Source of the DNA: Chiloscyllium plagiosum
Lineage: Eukaryota
Assembly (NCBI RefSeq): GCF_004010195.1
Contig: NC_057751.1
Location: 11,223,108-11,287,107 of the forward strand
Reading direction: 5' to 3'
Length of the DNA stretch: 64,000 nucleotides
Shown one piece after another: positions 12,526 through 24,905 of the stretch (the stretch's first letter is position 1; each line of letters starts with the position of its first letter). The translations under genes and the position numbers were made by a program. Under the pieces are notes generated by a model. It was not told the origin of the DNA. It made no database searches and was given only the letters and a program-made list of their open reading frames with translations.

Positions 12526-13413
12526 AACCCCTTCTGAAGTTATGCAAAACAGCTTGGTTAGATCACCTGCTCATTTCCTGGACTGCAGGGATCCCAACAT
12601 GGACTCAGCATTGATCCCCTGGAGCCTCATAAACTCCTGGACACCAATACTTCCAAAGACAACCTCCCCTTTTGCTTGCGCAGTCCCGAGGATTGAACCC
12701 CAAACAGGGTCAAACCCACTGCTGCTTTATCCAACTGCCAAGAGGCAAGGCAGTCTGGAGACTGGGTGAAGCTGACACGTAATAATACTTTGTGCTGAGG
12801 ACTGACTTATTTCTTTTGTTCTCATCATTTTGTGAATCTACTCACCTGTCCAATGGCCCATCCACATTCAGTGCTCTTCAGCTTTGAGAATTTCAGAAAG
12901 AATGCTGCAGGTAACACCTCACTGCTCAGCTTGGATCCAAATCCCCGTCTTTTCAATCAGAAAGACCAAGTCCAGATACAACCTCCACATCACACCAAAG
13001 CAATTGGATTCCAGCTCAGAAAGACCAAGCTGCTGACAGCAGGAGGACAACATGTCCATTTGATAGTGCCCTGTGAACACATGACCCCAGCAGGCCCAAG
13101 CACAAGAAGGAACAGAATCATTTGCGTAAAAGCCAATGATTTGAATGTGATTGGAAGCAGCTGGTGGGCATCATCCATCCTGCAAAACCATCAAGCCCCA
13201 AGTGACTATTCTTTGTCAGTGGCTACAATGGAGTGCCACTGAGATATTCAATCCCATAATCCATCAGTCTTGAGCTCAAAACTGCAGTCACATGGAGATG
13301 GAGAGGAATGGGTAACAAACTGGGATAGGAACCAGAGCTGCCTTTCACCATGCCCAGCTCACACTCATCATGCTCTCCTTTCAGGGAAATGGGAAATTCT
13401 ACAAAACCACTCT

Positions 13414-15778
13414 TGCCCCTCATAATTTTATAAACCTCTATAAGGTCACCCCTCAGCCTCTGACGCTCCAGGGAAAACAGCCCCAGCCTGTTCAGCCTCT
13501 CCCTGTAGCTCAAATCCTCCAACCCTGGCAACATCCTTGTAAATCTTTTCTGAACCCTTTCAAGTTTCACAACATCTTTCCAATAGGAAGGAGACCAGAA
13601 TTGCACGCAACATTCCAACAGTGGCCTAATCAATGTCAGCCGCAACATGACCTCCCAACCCCTGTACTCAATACTCTGACCAATAAAAGAAAGCATACCA
13701 AACGCCTTTATCACAATCCTATCTACCTGCGACTCCACTTTCAAGGAGTTATGAACCTGCACTCCAAGGTCTCTTTCAAGGAGTTATGAACCTGCACTCC
13801 AAGGTCTCTTTGTTCAGCAACACTCCCTAGGACCTGACATTTAAGTGAATAAGTCCTGCTAAGATTTGTTTTCCCAAAATGCAGCACCTCACATTTATCT
13901 AAATTAAACTCCACCTGCCACTTCTCAACCCATTGGTCCATCTGGTCAAGATCCCATTGTACTTTGAGGTAACCTTCTTCGCTGTCCACTACACCTCCAA
14001 TATTGGTGTCATCTGCAAACGTGCTAACTATATCTTTCATGCTCACATCCAAATCATTTATATAAATGATGAAAAGCAATGGACCCAGCACCGCTAATCA
14101 GTCCTTGCCTTTCCAAATTCACGTAAATCTTGTCCCTCAGGATTCCCTCCAACAACTTACCCACCACCGAGGACAGACTCACTGGTTTGTAGTTCCCTGG
14201 CTTGTCTTTACCACCCTTCTTAAACAGTGGCACCACGCTAGCCAACTTCCAGTCTTCCGGCACCTCACCTGTGACTATCGATGATTCAAATATCTCAGCA
14301 AGAGGCCCAGCAATCACTTCTCTAGCTTCCCACAGAGTTCTCGGGTACACCTGATCAGGTCCTGGGGATTTATCCACCTTTATGTGTTTCAAGACATCCT
14401 GCACTTCCTCCTCTGTAATATGGACATTTTTCAAGATGTCACCATCTGTTTCCCCCCATTCTCCATCTCCACAGTAAACACTGATGCAAAATACTCATTT
14501 AGTATCTCCCCCATCTCCTGCGGTCCCACACATAGGCTGCCTTGCTGATCTTTGATGGGCCCTATTCTCTCCCTAATTACCCTTTCGTCCTTTATCTATT
14601 TATAAAATCCCTTTGGATTCTCATAAACCCTAATTGCCAAAGCTATTTCATGTCCCCTTTTGTCCTCCTGATTTCCCTCTTAAATGTACCTCTACTGTCT
14701 TTATACTCTTCGAAGGGTGTCAGTCAAGCTAACCTGCCTGTACTTGACATATGCTTTCTTCCCTTTCTTAACCAAACCCTCAATTTCTTTAGCCATCCAG
14801 CATTCCCTATACCTATCAAACTTTCCTTTCACCCTAAAAGGAATGTACCGTCTGTGGATCTCGCTATCTCATTTCTGAAGGCTTCCCATTTTCCAGCCGT
14901 CCCTTTACCTGCGAACATCTGCCTCCAATCAGCTTTTGAAAGTTCTTGCCTAATACCGTCAAAATTGGCCTTTCTCCAATTTAGAACTTCAACTTTTAGA
15001 TCTGGTCTATCCTTTTCCATCACTATTTTAAAACAAATAGAACTGTGGTCGCTGGCCCCAAAGTGCTCCCCCACTGACACCTCAGTCACCTGCCCTGCCT
15101 TATTTCCCAAGAGTAGGTCAAGTTTTGCACCTTCCCTCGTACGTACATTCACAAACTGAATCAGAAAACTATCTTGTACACGCTTGAGAAATTCCTCTCC
15201 ATCTAACCCTTAACACTATGGCAGTCCCAGTCGATGTTTGGAAAGTTAAAATTCCCTATCCGAATCACCTTATTATTGTTACAGATAGCTGAGATCTCCT
15301 TACACATTTGTTTCTCAATTTCCCTCGGACTATTAGGGAGTCTATAATACAGTCCCAATAAGGTGATCATCCCTTTCTTATTTCTCAGTTCCATCCAAAT
15401 AACTTCTCTGGATGTCATGCCAAGTACAACTACACCACCTCCTCTCCTGCTTCCCTTTCATCCCTTCGGATAGCATGTGTGTCCTGGAACATTAAGCTGG
15501 CAGTCCTGTCCAGCCCTGAGCCATGTTTCCGTAATTACTATGATATCCCAGTCCTATGTTCCTAACCATGCCCTGTGTACATCTGCCTTCCCTGTTAGGC
15601 CCCTTGCATTGAAGTAAACGCAGTTCAATTTATCAGTCTGACCTCATCCTCTGCTTTGTTCCTGCCTCCCCTGACTGTTTGACTTGCACCTTTCCTCAGT
15701 TGTACCAGTCTCAGACTGAGCCCTTTCCTCACTATCTCCCTGGTCCCCAAATACCCTGCCCCCCACCACCTTACTAGT
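13414..15778 (-). mobile_element. CR1/HER1-like LINE: end of ORF1 plus disrupted ORF2 (APE endonuclease and RT); 3' end missing
   Basis: YFNARGL, ITETW, GNFNFPNIDW, LDLLLGN, HFGASDH, KSPGPD, PGNYKPVSL, FADD, LERVQKRFTRMLPG; frameshifts, stops and an internal deletion of about 300 bp at 14093. Confidence 0.97.
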
Positions 15779-15805
15779 CTGAGACAAAAAGTATGTGCAA
15801 TAGAA

Positions 15806-15826
15806 TGAGAGAGAGAGAGAGAGAGA
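15806..15826. repeat. (GA)n microsatellite
   Basis: gagagagagaga run. Confidence 0.85.
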
Positions 15827-16340
15827 AGAGCACAAGAGACTGCTTCAGGGCCTCAGACAGATTGCTCTCCTTAAATTGGGAACAATGACTGGAGGAAGCC
15901 AGCTGTATAAAAGGTTAGGAAAGCTCCATTCAAACGCATGTTCCCCCCACAGAGATTTTCTCTTTTCCTTCAGCTGTGTTTTTTTTCAGTCTCTCCCTCC
16001 CCCTCCCTGCCACCACTCCATTCACACCAGCCTCAAAAGGCTTCAGGCAGCAAGAGGCCTTTACTTTGCTCTGGCTTTCCCATTTCCTTCTTCTCCATGA
16101 GGTGGGAAAGGAGTTTTCAAAATAAAACAAAAACATTCCGTGTAAAAAAGAACATGCACCGCTTCTAGCTTTGTGCAAGACTTCATAACGACTGAAAACA
16201 AGTACAAGTGAGCAAGAAACCCAAGGCTGGAAACAGACAAAGCACTTGGCACAATTCCTGCAACGGATTTCACACACACGGTTTCTGCAGGCAGAATACA
16301 CAGGCCACACTCCACTCAGTGGCTTGGAGCTTTCTAATTC

Positions 16341-16565
16341 AGAATCATAGAATCCCAACAGAGTGCAAGTAGGCCATTCAGCCCATCAAATCCACACCAA
16401 ACATCTGAAGACCATCCCGTTCCCCACCCACACTTACTGCCCTCCCCTATCCCTGTAACCCTGCATTTTCCAGGGTGAACCTCACCTGGCCGGCACATCC
16501 CTAGAGACTACGGGTCAATTTCGCCTGGCCAATCCAGCCTAACCTGTACCCATTTGGCCTGGGAG
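16341..16565 (-). mobile_element. HE1-like SINE, 3' part
   Basis: ggccaatccagcctaacctgtac and CR1-type tail gaatcatagaatcc...aggccattcagcccatc. Confidence 0.7.
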
Positions 16566-16714
16566 ATTTAGAGAGAGAGAGAGAGATTCAGTAAAGTCAG
16601 TGAGTCAGAGTTACTGCCTCAGGGCTTGCAGTCAATGTAAGGTTGATATTCCTTTCAGTTCACCTGCCCATACCTTGCTCTCCTTGAACTCAGAAAGGGC
16701 AGGGTGTGGGGTTA

Positions 16715-17125
16715 AAGAAACAACTTGAATTTACATAGCACCTTTTGCAGCCACAGAATGTTACAAAGCCAGCAAGGACCTCCGAAGGCACTTGGATGGG
16801 TATATGAATCGGAAGGGTTTGGAGGGATATGGGCCAAGTGCTGGCAAATGGGACTAGATTGGGTTGGGATATCTGGTCAGCATGGATGGGTTGGACCGAA
16901 GGGTCTGTTTCCGTGCTGTACATCTCTATGACTGTATATGCAGTGGCAGTGCAGCAGGGAAATAAACTGCCAGTTCTGTGCACAGCAAGATCCCACCAAA
17001 AGTGCATGAGATGATGACCAGGTGGGTTGTTGTTAGCTACTGGCCAAGGTATCAGAGAGAGAGTTACCTGGGCGGATCTCACCTTCTGGATCACTGACAG
17101 TGTGTGGTGAAATGCTGCCACTATT
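16715..17125 (-). mobile_element. Decayed Deu-domain-like SINE with L2-type tail, interrupted by a CR1 stub
   Basis: Tail aacaacttgaatttacatagcacctttt; tgtgcacagcaagatcccac...atgaccag. Confidence 0.55.
16785..16937 (+). mobile_element. CR1/HER1-like 3' end
   Basis: ggcacttggatgggtatatgaat...ggaccgaagggtctgtttccgtgctgtacatctctatgact. Confidence 0.93.
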
Positions 17126-18384
17126 TCAGCTTCAGGCTGTTCGCATCAAAACCACACTGAAACGGTGTGGGCCATTCCTCTTTCCTGACAATGTGCTTCG
17201 GCACTGAAAGCAGCAAGCTATTCAACTGCAGTGGCATCACCATTCTGACCCTTTCTTGTCGCACACCCAATTTCCACGTTTGTACGTTGATGTTTCCCGC
17301 ATGGTGACCAGGCTATGGTGAAGCCCCAATATTCCTCCCCCTTCCCCAATCCCACCACACTAACTCATCCCAGTTTGACCGACTCCAGCAGCCTGGCTAA
17401 GCTCAGTCGGGATTGTATAGCCCAGCACATAGGCCACGGGGTTCAGGAAACACACCAGGAGTCACCCCTAATCTCCAACAACAACAACTTTCCTTCACGT
17501 GGCACCTTGAAAATATCATGAGGTGCCTCACCTGAGTACTATTGAACAGCGTGTGACATCAGGGCCCAGGAACCAAAAGCTGAGACACATCTCGTTGGAA
17601 AGCAGTACGTCAAAGGCAGGTAAAGATGGGCAGAGAGGATAAGGAGAGGGCGCTGGAACTGTGGACTGAGGAATTCAGAGGCACAGCTGCCAAAAGTGGA
17701 TGGAGAAAATCCGAGACATGCACAAGTCTAGAATTGGGAACAACACCAGTTATTTGAAGTGACAGCCACCGGATCTTAGGGAAGGATCCAGATCGGATTC
17801 GGACACAACAATGCCAAGTTGACCATTAAAAAGTCCAGGTGTTCCTGGACTGGGTGACTGCAGGAACAATCGGTGAACAGAACTGGGAGTGAGGAAGCAA
17901 CTGTGCAGCACATGTTTGAATCACTGGGAAGCGTCAAGAGGCTTCCTCTCCAGCAAATGGCTACTGTCACATCTCATTTCAAAAAGACGAGCTGCTCAAA
18001 ACATGGAGAACAGAAGCAGAAAAACGCTCCAACTGCTTCACACAAGCTGTGCCGCGGTTCCAGCACTGTCTGCTGATATTCCACCTTTCCAGCACTCCCA
18101 CTGTTTCATTTTGTTGCACTGGGCAAAACACAAAAGCCTGCTGAGAACTGGCATTGCAACAGTGCAATAAACATCCATCCTCAGAGAACAGACCTCCCCC
18201 CACCCTCCCCGCCACCTCTTCCAACATCAGTCCCCACAGGCTACAGACCTCCCAAACTTATTGCCTGACAACTACTGACCAGTCACTATTCCAGCTCTCA
18301 GCCAGTCCCACTCCATCCAAACGGCACATGGTCCGTCAGCTCCCTGAGAAATTGCTTCTCAACAGGAGGAACTGAAATGCTTTT

Positions 18385-18925
18385 TTGTCCCTAATTTGTT
18401 CATGAGATATGGGTGTTGTTGACTGAGACAGCATTTTATTATTGCCCTTGAGAAGGTGGGGGTGAGCTGTCTTCTTAAACCATTGCGAGCTGACCCACAA
18501 TGCCCTTAGGGAGGGAATTACAGGATTTTGACCCAGCGACAGTGAAGGAACGGCGATATATTTCCAAGTCAGGATGGTGAGTGACTTGGAGAGGAATTTG
18601 AAGGTGGTGATGTTCCCAAATATCTGCTGCCCTTGTCCTTCTCGATGGAAGTGATTGTGGTTTGAAAAATGCTGTGTGAGGATTTTTGGTGAATTTCTGT
18701 AATGCACCTTGTAGATAGTACACACTGCTGCTGCTGAACATCGGTGGTGGAGAAGTGAGAGGATGCTTGTGGATCTAGTCCCAATCAAGCAGGCTGCTTT
18801 GCCCTGGGTGGTGTCAGGCATTTTGAGTATTGTTGGGGCTGCACCTATCCAGGCAAGGGGGAAGTATTCCCTCACATTTCTGACTTGTGCCGTGTAGATG
18901 GTGGACAGGCTTTGATGGGTTGGGA
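18385..18925 (-). mobile_element. 3' end of a different CR1/L2-group LINE family
   Basis: IYTAQVRNVREYFPLAWIGAAPT...QGKAACLIG...HHRCSAAAVCTIYK...FTVAGSKS.NSLP. Confidence 0.85.
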
Positions 18926-19654
18926 GTCACCCTAACCTTAGCAACCTGAGGCTGGCTCCAGCAGCATGCCTCCTCGCTCTCAGGCACAGACAGTAAAATA
19001 GGGAAGGATTCACTGACACTTCAGCATCTGGTCAAGTGGTCACACCCCCACTCCAGAGTTCCATCACATACCTGACTTGTCCATGAAATGGAGAGGCTCC
19101 GGGGAGTCAGAGGAGCCTCTGATCGACTCTCGGAGCCACAGTATTGATAGGGCTAGTCCTGATCCATTTGGGAACAGATGCTCTGCTTAAATTGGCATGG
19201 TTTGTGGGACTGATGTTAGCAAGGGATTGGAAGAGAATCTCCCTCTTGGTTTTTGAAACGTGGCCTGGCATCATTTCTATGAGTCTGGGACAAAAACAGC
19301 ACCCCTGCCAATGGAGTCCTCTCTCCATGCTTGGTCTTTCACTCCAAATTCCCAGCATGTTTGGGGATGAGAAACCAACAACATTCATCAGCAACAGCTT
19401 GGGTCAGGCAAGACTCACATTTCACAACATTGAAAAATGCCCCCTCAACATAACTGCAATTCGGAGGCTTTTGCCTTCAAATGGTAACTAAGTACAGCAG
19501 CTGCATCCACCACAAGCTCCCTCAAAGAGCAGGAAATGAAGGATTGAGGTGTGTCCTGTTTGCCATTATTGCTTCCATCACTTGCTGTTCCTTCTGAAGG
19601 ATTAACACAAACCCCTTCCATTTGCAAGCACTGATTACCACACCAATCAGTGCA

Positions 19655-19655
<1 letters not shown>

Positions 19656-19689
<34 letters not shown>

Positions 19690-19702
19690 CACACACACAC
19701 AC
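19656..19702. repeat. Compound (CA)n(GA)n(CA)n microsatellite
   Basis: Read directly. Confidence 0.9.
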
Positions 19703-19889
19703 ATGAAGTAAACTCAGTATGTGACATTTGTGCACTTCAATTCCAGCAAATCCATTTCCTCCTGCTTTCTTTTCCTTTCAAATTGTGGATAAATTAAGAT
19801 TTGATGTGCACTGAGAGCAAAAAGGTGTTACACAAAGGGTAGTGCGGGTTGGGAAATTCACACGAGCTCTTTCTCAACCCAGAACATCA

Positions 19890-20120
19890 AGCCATAGAGC
19901 TGTATGACACAGAAACAGACCCTTCGGTCCAACCCGTCCATGCCAACCAGATATCCCAACCCAATCTAGTCCCACCTGCCAGCACCAGGCCCATATCCCT
20001 CCAAACCCTTCCTATTCATATACCCATCCAAATGCCTCTTAAATGTTGCAACTATACCAGCCCTCACCACTTCTTCTGGCAGCTCATTCCATACACGTAC
20101 CACTCTCTGTGAGAAACAGT
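19890..20120 (-). mobile_element. CR1/HER1-like 3' end
   Basis: SQRVVRVWNELPEEVVRAG..ATFKRHLDGYMNRKG plus UTR. Confidence 0.95.
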
Positions 20121-20989
20121 TTGGGACTCCCCTCCCTGTGAAAAAGACGCTAACCATGCCCTTCCTGTAAGGTCACATGAACATTTGTTTTTCTCTACCT
20201 GTGGATGCTCCCTGTCTTGCTGAGCATTTCCTCCACTTCACTCTTGACGTTTCTGATTCCCCCCGAAACCCCCCACCACTCCCCAACAGCAGCTATGTTG
20301 CCATTTCATGTCCATGGCATGTGACTTGCCAACTTGCTTTCAAAACTCCCCCAGCGTCCCGGACCTTGCCCCTGAAGCAGATACTCTCTCTGCGTCGGTT
20401 AGTTTTGGAAGTGGCTATTCCACTGTGTGAACATCACTGATGCACTGGCTGCTGGCGTTCAGATGTCCAGCATTCCCATGGTGTGGAATTCCAAACAAAA
20501 ATGTGTCAAGATGATGTGGCTGGGAATTCTCAAAGGTGGCTCAGGGCTCTGGAGTGACCTGAAACATGGATTCACCAAAAGGAACCCAAAGGCTAATGGG
20601 ATAGGTGAGTGACACAGCAGGACAAATTGTGCACTTCAAGCACAGCAATGGTGAGATTGCATCTGGAGTGCTGTGTGCAACATTTTGGATGGGAAGGCCA
20701 TGATGATGAACAATCATGCCCTCAATGAAATGGAACTCAACCGGGTGTTTCCAAGGTTTGCCTGGATGTGATATGAAAGCCCAGCAGCAAACACCTTCCA
20801 AACAAAAAGCACTTGGTGTGTTAGCAGACCATGCAAGTTGGGAAGATTCCCACTGACGTGCGTCTGGTCTTTGGATGTGAACACTTGGTGCAGTGAACAC
20901 ACTTGCCAGCGCTACTTGGGGCTGCCCTGTTTCACCTGAAGCTGAACAAACCAAAACTCCCTCCTTTCTGGCCTCTTCTTCAAGCCTGC

Positions 20990-21199
20990 ATTTTCATCCT
21001 TCTGCAAGATGAAGTTTCCCACTCACACATACCGTGTCGGACTACTTAGGGTCATCAATGCTTCAGACAAGTCACCTCTCTGGATACAAGCCCCGCCTGT
21101 CCAACTATCCCTCATGAGACCACTTGCCTGTTGCAAGTACGCACCTGCCAAACACTCTCAAAACTGCTTCCAGCTCATTCATATCCTCTCTGACGTAAG
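20990..21199 (-). mobile_element. Old CR1 relic, downstream half (continues from 24159-24905)
   Basis: Minus strand gaggatatgaatgagctggaagc...ttggacaggcggggcttgtatcc...agaggtgacttg. Confidence 0.7.
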
Positions 21200-22108
21200 A
21201 ACAGGGAGATGCGTGGCCTTGTTAGTGAAGGGTAGTATAATGGTGGCTGAGAGAATTTTTGATGAGGACTCGTCTACTGAGGGTAGTGTGGGCTGAGGTT
21301 AGAATCAGGGGAGGAGAGGTCACACTGCTTGGGCGTTTTTTATAGGCCTCCACAGAATTCCAGGTAGGTGGAGGAGAGGATTAGCAAAATTATTCTGGGT
21401 AGGAGTGAAAGGACCTGGGTGGTCATTATGGGGGACTTTAACTTCCCCAACATTGACTGGAAATGCTACAACTCTAGTACGTCGGATGTCCAATGTGTAC
21501 AGCAGGGTTTCCTGACACTGTATGTCGAAGGGCCGACAAGAGGGGAGGCCACACTGGATCTGGTGCTTGGTAATGAACCAGGCCAGGTGTTTGACTTAGT
21601 TGTAGGTGAGCACTTTGGAGAGAGTGACCATAATTCAGTTACGTTTAGTTTAGCGATGGAAGGGGATAGGTACATGCCACAGGTCAAGAGTTATCGATGG
21701 GGCAAGGGCAATTATAATGCGATTGTGCAAAAATTAGGATGCATAGAATGGGGTAGCAAAATGCAGGGGATGCAGACCATGGAAATGTGGAGCTGGTTTA
21801 AGGAACAGATATTGCGTGCCCTTGATAGGTTGTCCCTGTCAGGCAGGGAGGAAGTGATAAGGTAAGGGAACCGTGGTTTATCACAGAAATTGCATCTCTT
21901 GTTACGAAGAAGAAGGAGGCTTATGTGTTGATGAGGCAAGATGGTACAGATGAGGCGATGGAGAGTTACAGGTCACCTGGGAAGGATTTAAAGAGAGAGT
22001 TAAGAAGAGCAAAGAGAGGACAAGAGCAGTTTTTCGCAAATAGAAGAAAGGAGAACCCTAAAGCTTTCTATAGGTATGTGAGGAATTAGGGTAGGAATAG
22101 GGCCAGTC

Positions 22109-22164
22109 AAAGACAGAAGTGGGAAGTTGAATGTGAAAAGACAGAAGTGGGAAGTTGAGTGTGG
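22109..22164 (+). repeat. 28-bp tandem duplication inside CR1
   Basis: aaagacagaagtgggaagttga(a/g)tgtg occurs twice. Confidence 0.9.
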
Positions 22165-22840
22165 ACCCTGTGGAGATCGGAGAGGTGCTAAATGAACATT
22201 TCTCATCGGTTTTCACTCAGGAAAAGGAGACTATTGTAAATGAGAAGAATGAGGTACAAGATATTAGACTAGAAATGATCGAGGTTAGTTACAAATAGGT
22301 GTTATCAATTCTCGAAGGAGTGAAAGTTGACAAGTCCCCTGGGCCGGATGGGATTTATCTGAGGATTCTCTGGGAAGCTGGGGAGGAGATAGCAGAGCCT
22401 TTGGCTTTGATATTTGAGTCGTCATTGTCTACAGGTTTGGTACCAGAGGACTGGAGGATTGCAAATGTTGTGCCCATGTTCAAAAAGGGCAGTAGAAATG
22501 ACCCAGGTAATTATAGACCAGTGAGCCTTACTTCTGTTGTAGGAAAGATTTTGGAAAGGATTATAAGAGATAAGATTTATAATCATCTCGCAAGCAACAA
22601 TTTGATTTCAGATAGTCAACATGGTTTCATCAAGGGTAGATTGTGTCTCACAATTCTCATTCAGTTTTTTGAGAAGGTGACCAAGCATGTAGATGAGGGT
22701 AGGGTAGTTGACGTGGTATACATGGACTTCAGTAAAGCCTTTGATAAGGTTCCACGTGGTAGGCTGTTGGAGAAAATGCAAAGGCATAGAATTGAGGGTG
22801 ATTTAGCAGTTTGGATTAGAAATTGGTTTTCTGAAAGAAG

Positions 22841-22984
22841 TTAAAAATCACACAACACCAGGTTATAGTCCAACAGTTGATGAAGGAGCGTCGCTCCGAA
22901 AGCTAGTGTGCTTCCAATTAAACCTGTTGGACTATAACCTGGTGTTGTGTGATTTTTAACTTTGTACACCCCAGTCCAACATCA
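22841..22984. mobile_element. Penelope-type fold-back insert with 13-bp TSD
   Basis: Perfect 39-bp inverted repeat (22838-22876 and 22924-22962); tttctgaaagaag duplicated at 22828-22840 and 22985-22997; hammerhead-like core. Confidence 0.8.
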
Positions 22985-23994
22985 TTTCTGAAAGAAGGCA
23001 GTGAGTGGTGGTCGATGGAAAATATTCAGCCTGGAGTCCGGTTACTCGTGGTGTGCCACAAGGATCTGTTTTGGGACCACTGCTGTTTGTCATTTTTATA
23101 AATGACTTAGACGCAGGCATAGTTGGATGGATTAGTAAATTTGCAGACGACACTAAAGTCGGTGGAGTAGTGGACAGTTGGAAGAATGTTACAGGTTGCA
23201 AGGGGATTTGGATAAACTGCAGAATTGGGCTGAGAGGTGGCAAATGGAGTTCAATGCAGCTAAAAATGAGGTGATGCACTTTGGGAAGAATAACAGGAAG
23301 GCAGAGTACTGGGTCAATGGAAAGATTCTTGGTTGTGTGGATGTGCAGAGGGATCTTGAAGTCCATGTACATAGATCCCTGAAAGTTGCCACCCAGGTGG
23401 ATAGTGCTGTTAAGAAGGCATACGGTATGTTAGGTTTCATTCGTAGACGGACTGACTTCCGGAGCCGCAATATCATGCTGCAACTATACAAAATGCTGGT
23501 GCGGCCACACTTGGAATATTGTGTACAGTTCTGGTCCCCATATTTCAGAAAGGATGTGGAAACATTGGAAAAGGTGCAGAGGAGATTTACCAGGATGTTG
23601 CCTGGTCTGGAGGGAAGGTCTTAGGAGGAAAGGCTGAGAAACTTGGGTCTGTTCTAATTGGAAAGAAGGCTAAGAGGGGATTTGATAGAGACATACAAGA
23701 TGATCAGAGGATTAGATAGGGTAGACAGTGTAAGTCGTTTTCCTCGGATGATGACTTCAGCTTGTACGAGGGGGCATAACTACAAATTGAGGGGTGATAG
23801 ATTGAAGACAGATGTCAGAGGCAGGTTCTTTATGCAGAGAGTGGTAAGGGCGTGGAATGCATAACCTGATAATGTAGTTAACTCAGCCACATTAGGGAGA
23901 TTTAAACAATCCTTAGATAAGCACATGGGTAATTTTGGGATAGTGTAAGGGGACGAGCTGAGAATAGTTCACAGGTAGGTGCAACATCGAGGGC

Positions 23995-24130
23995 TTTGAC
24001 AAAGGGTCAGTTAGACTTGAAACGTCAGCTCTTTCTTCTCCTTACAGATGCTGCCAGAACTGCTGAGGATTTTCCAGCATTTTCTCTTTGGGTTTCAGAT
24101 TCCAGCATTCGCAGTAATATGCTTTTATCC
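23995..24130 (+). mobile_element. Penelope-type terminal fragment in the CR1 3' UTR
   Basis: Decayed core ttgacaaagggtcagttagacttgaaacgtc followed by cagatgctgccagaactgctgag. Confidence 0.75.
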
Positions 24131-24158
24131 ACTGTTCTGTGCTGTATTGTTCTTTTTC

Positions 24159-24905
24159 TAAGGGGAGCAAATGTTGCACACAGCACTCCAGATGCAATCT
24201 CACCAGGGATGTGCGTGATTGTGGCATAGCCTCCTTACCACTGTAGTCAATTCCTTCACAGTAAAAGACAATATTCCATTAGCTTTCCTCATTACTTGCT
24301 TCACTTCCAAACAAACCTATCCCATGCTTCCTGCACAAGGAGACCCTATGTCAGAGCTCTACAGTCTCTCACTGTTTGGATCATCTTTCTATTTTGTTCA
24401 TCCTGATACAGTGGGTAATTTCACATTTTCACACCTTATCCTCTGTTTGCTAGAATTTTGCCTCCTCACTTAACCTCTCCAAATCCCCCTGCAACCTCTC
24501 CGTGCCTTCTTGACAATTTATTTTACTCGCCATCTCTCTGTCATCTGCAAATTTACCACGAGAGCCTCGATCACTCCTTCCTTGTTGTGAATGCAACTGG
24601 CAATGCGTTGAGGTCGAAGTACTGATCACCGCTTACACCTTGTGAACCAGGACATGCCCACATATGCTCTCTCAGTTTCCTATTGACCAGCCAATCATCT
24701 TTCCATGCCAACGTGTTAGGCCCTGCAACCCCCAGCAACAACATGCCACGTGGCACCTTAACAGAGGCCTTCTGGAAATCCTCACCCAGTCGGTCCACTC
24801 AATTTCCTTCATCCACAGCACATGTTACTTGTTCATATAAATTTCTTGTTGCTTTCACAAAACCATGTTGACTCTGCCTGATGACCCTCAATGTTTTCCA
24901 AGTGC
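24159..24905 (-). mobile_element. Old CR1 relic (RT region)
   Basis: SQHGFVK, DFQKAS.KVP, KFADD, LVRLHLECCVQ remnants. Confidence 0.8.

Larger units (their letters stand above)
21200..24158 (+). mobile_element. About 3 kb CR1 LINE (APE plus RT plus 3' UTR), disrupted, with two nested inserts
   Basis: [71 protein letters not shown]; candidate TSD taag at 21196-21199 and 24159-24162. Confidence 0.97.

Noticed and set aside
14542..15159. 205-aa plus-strand ORF
   Set aside because: Antisense shadow of CR1 ORF2
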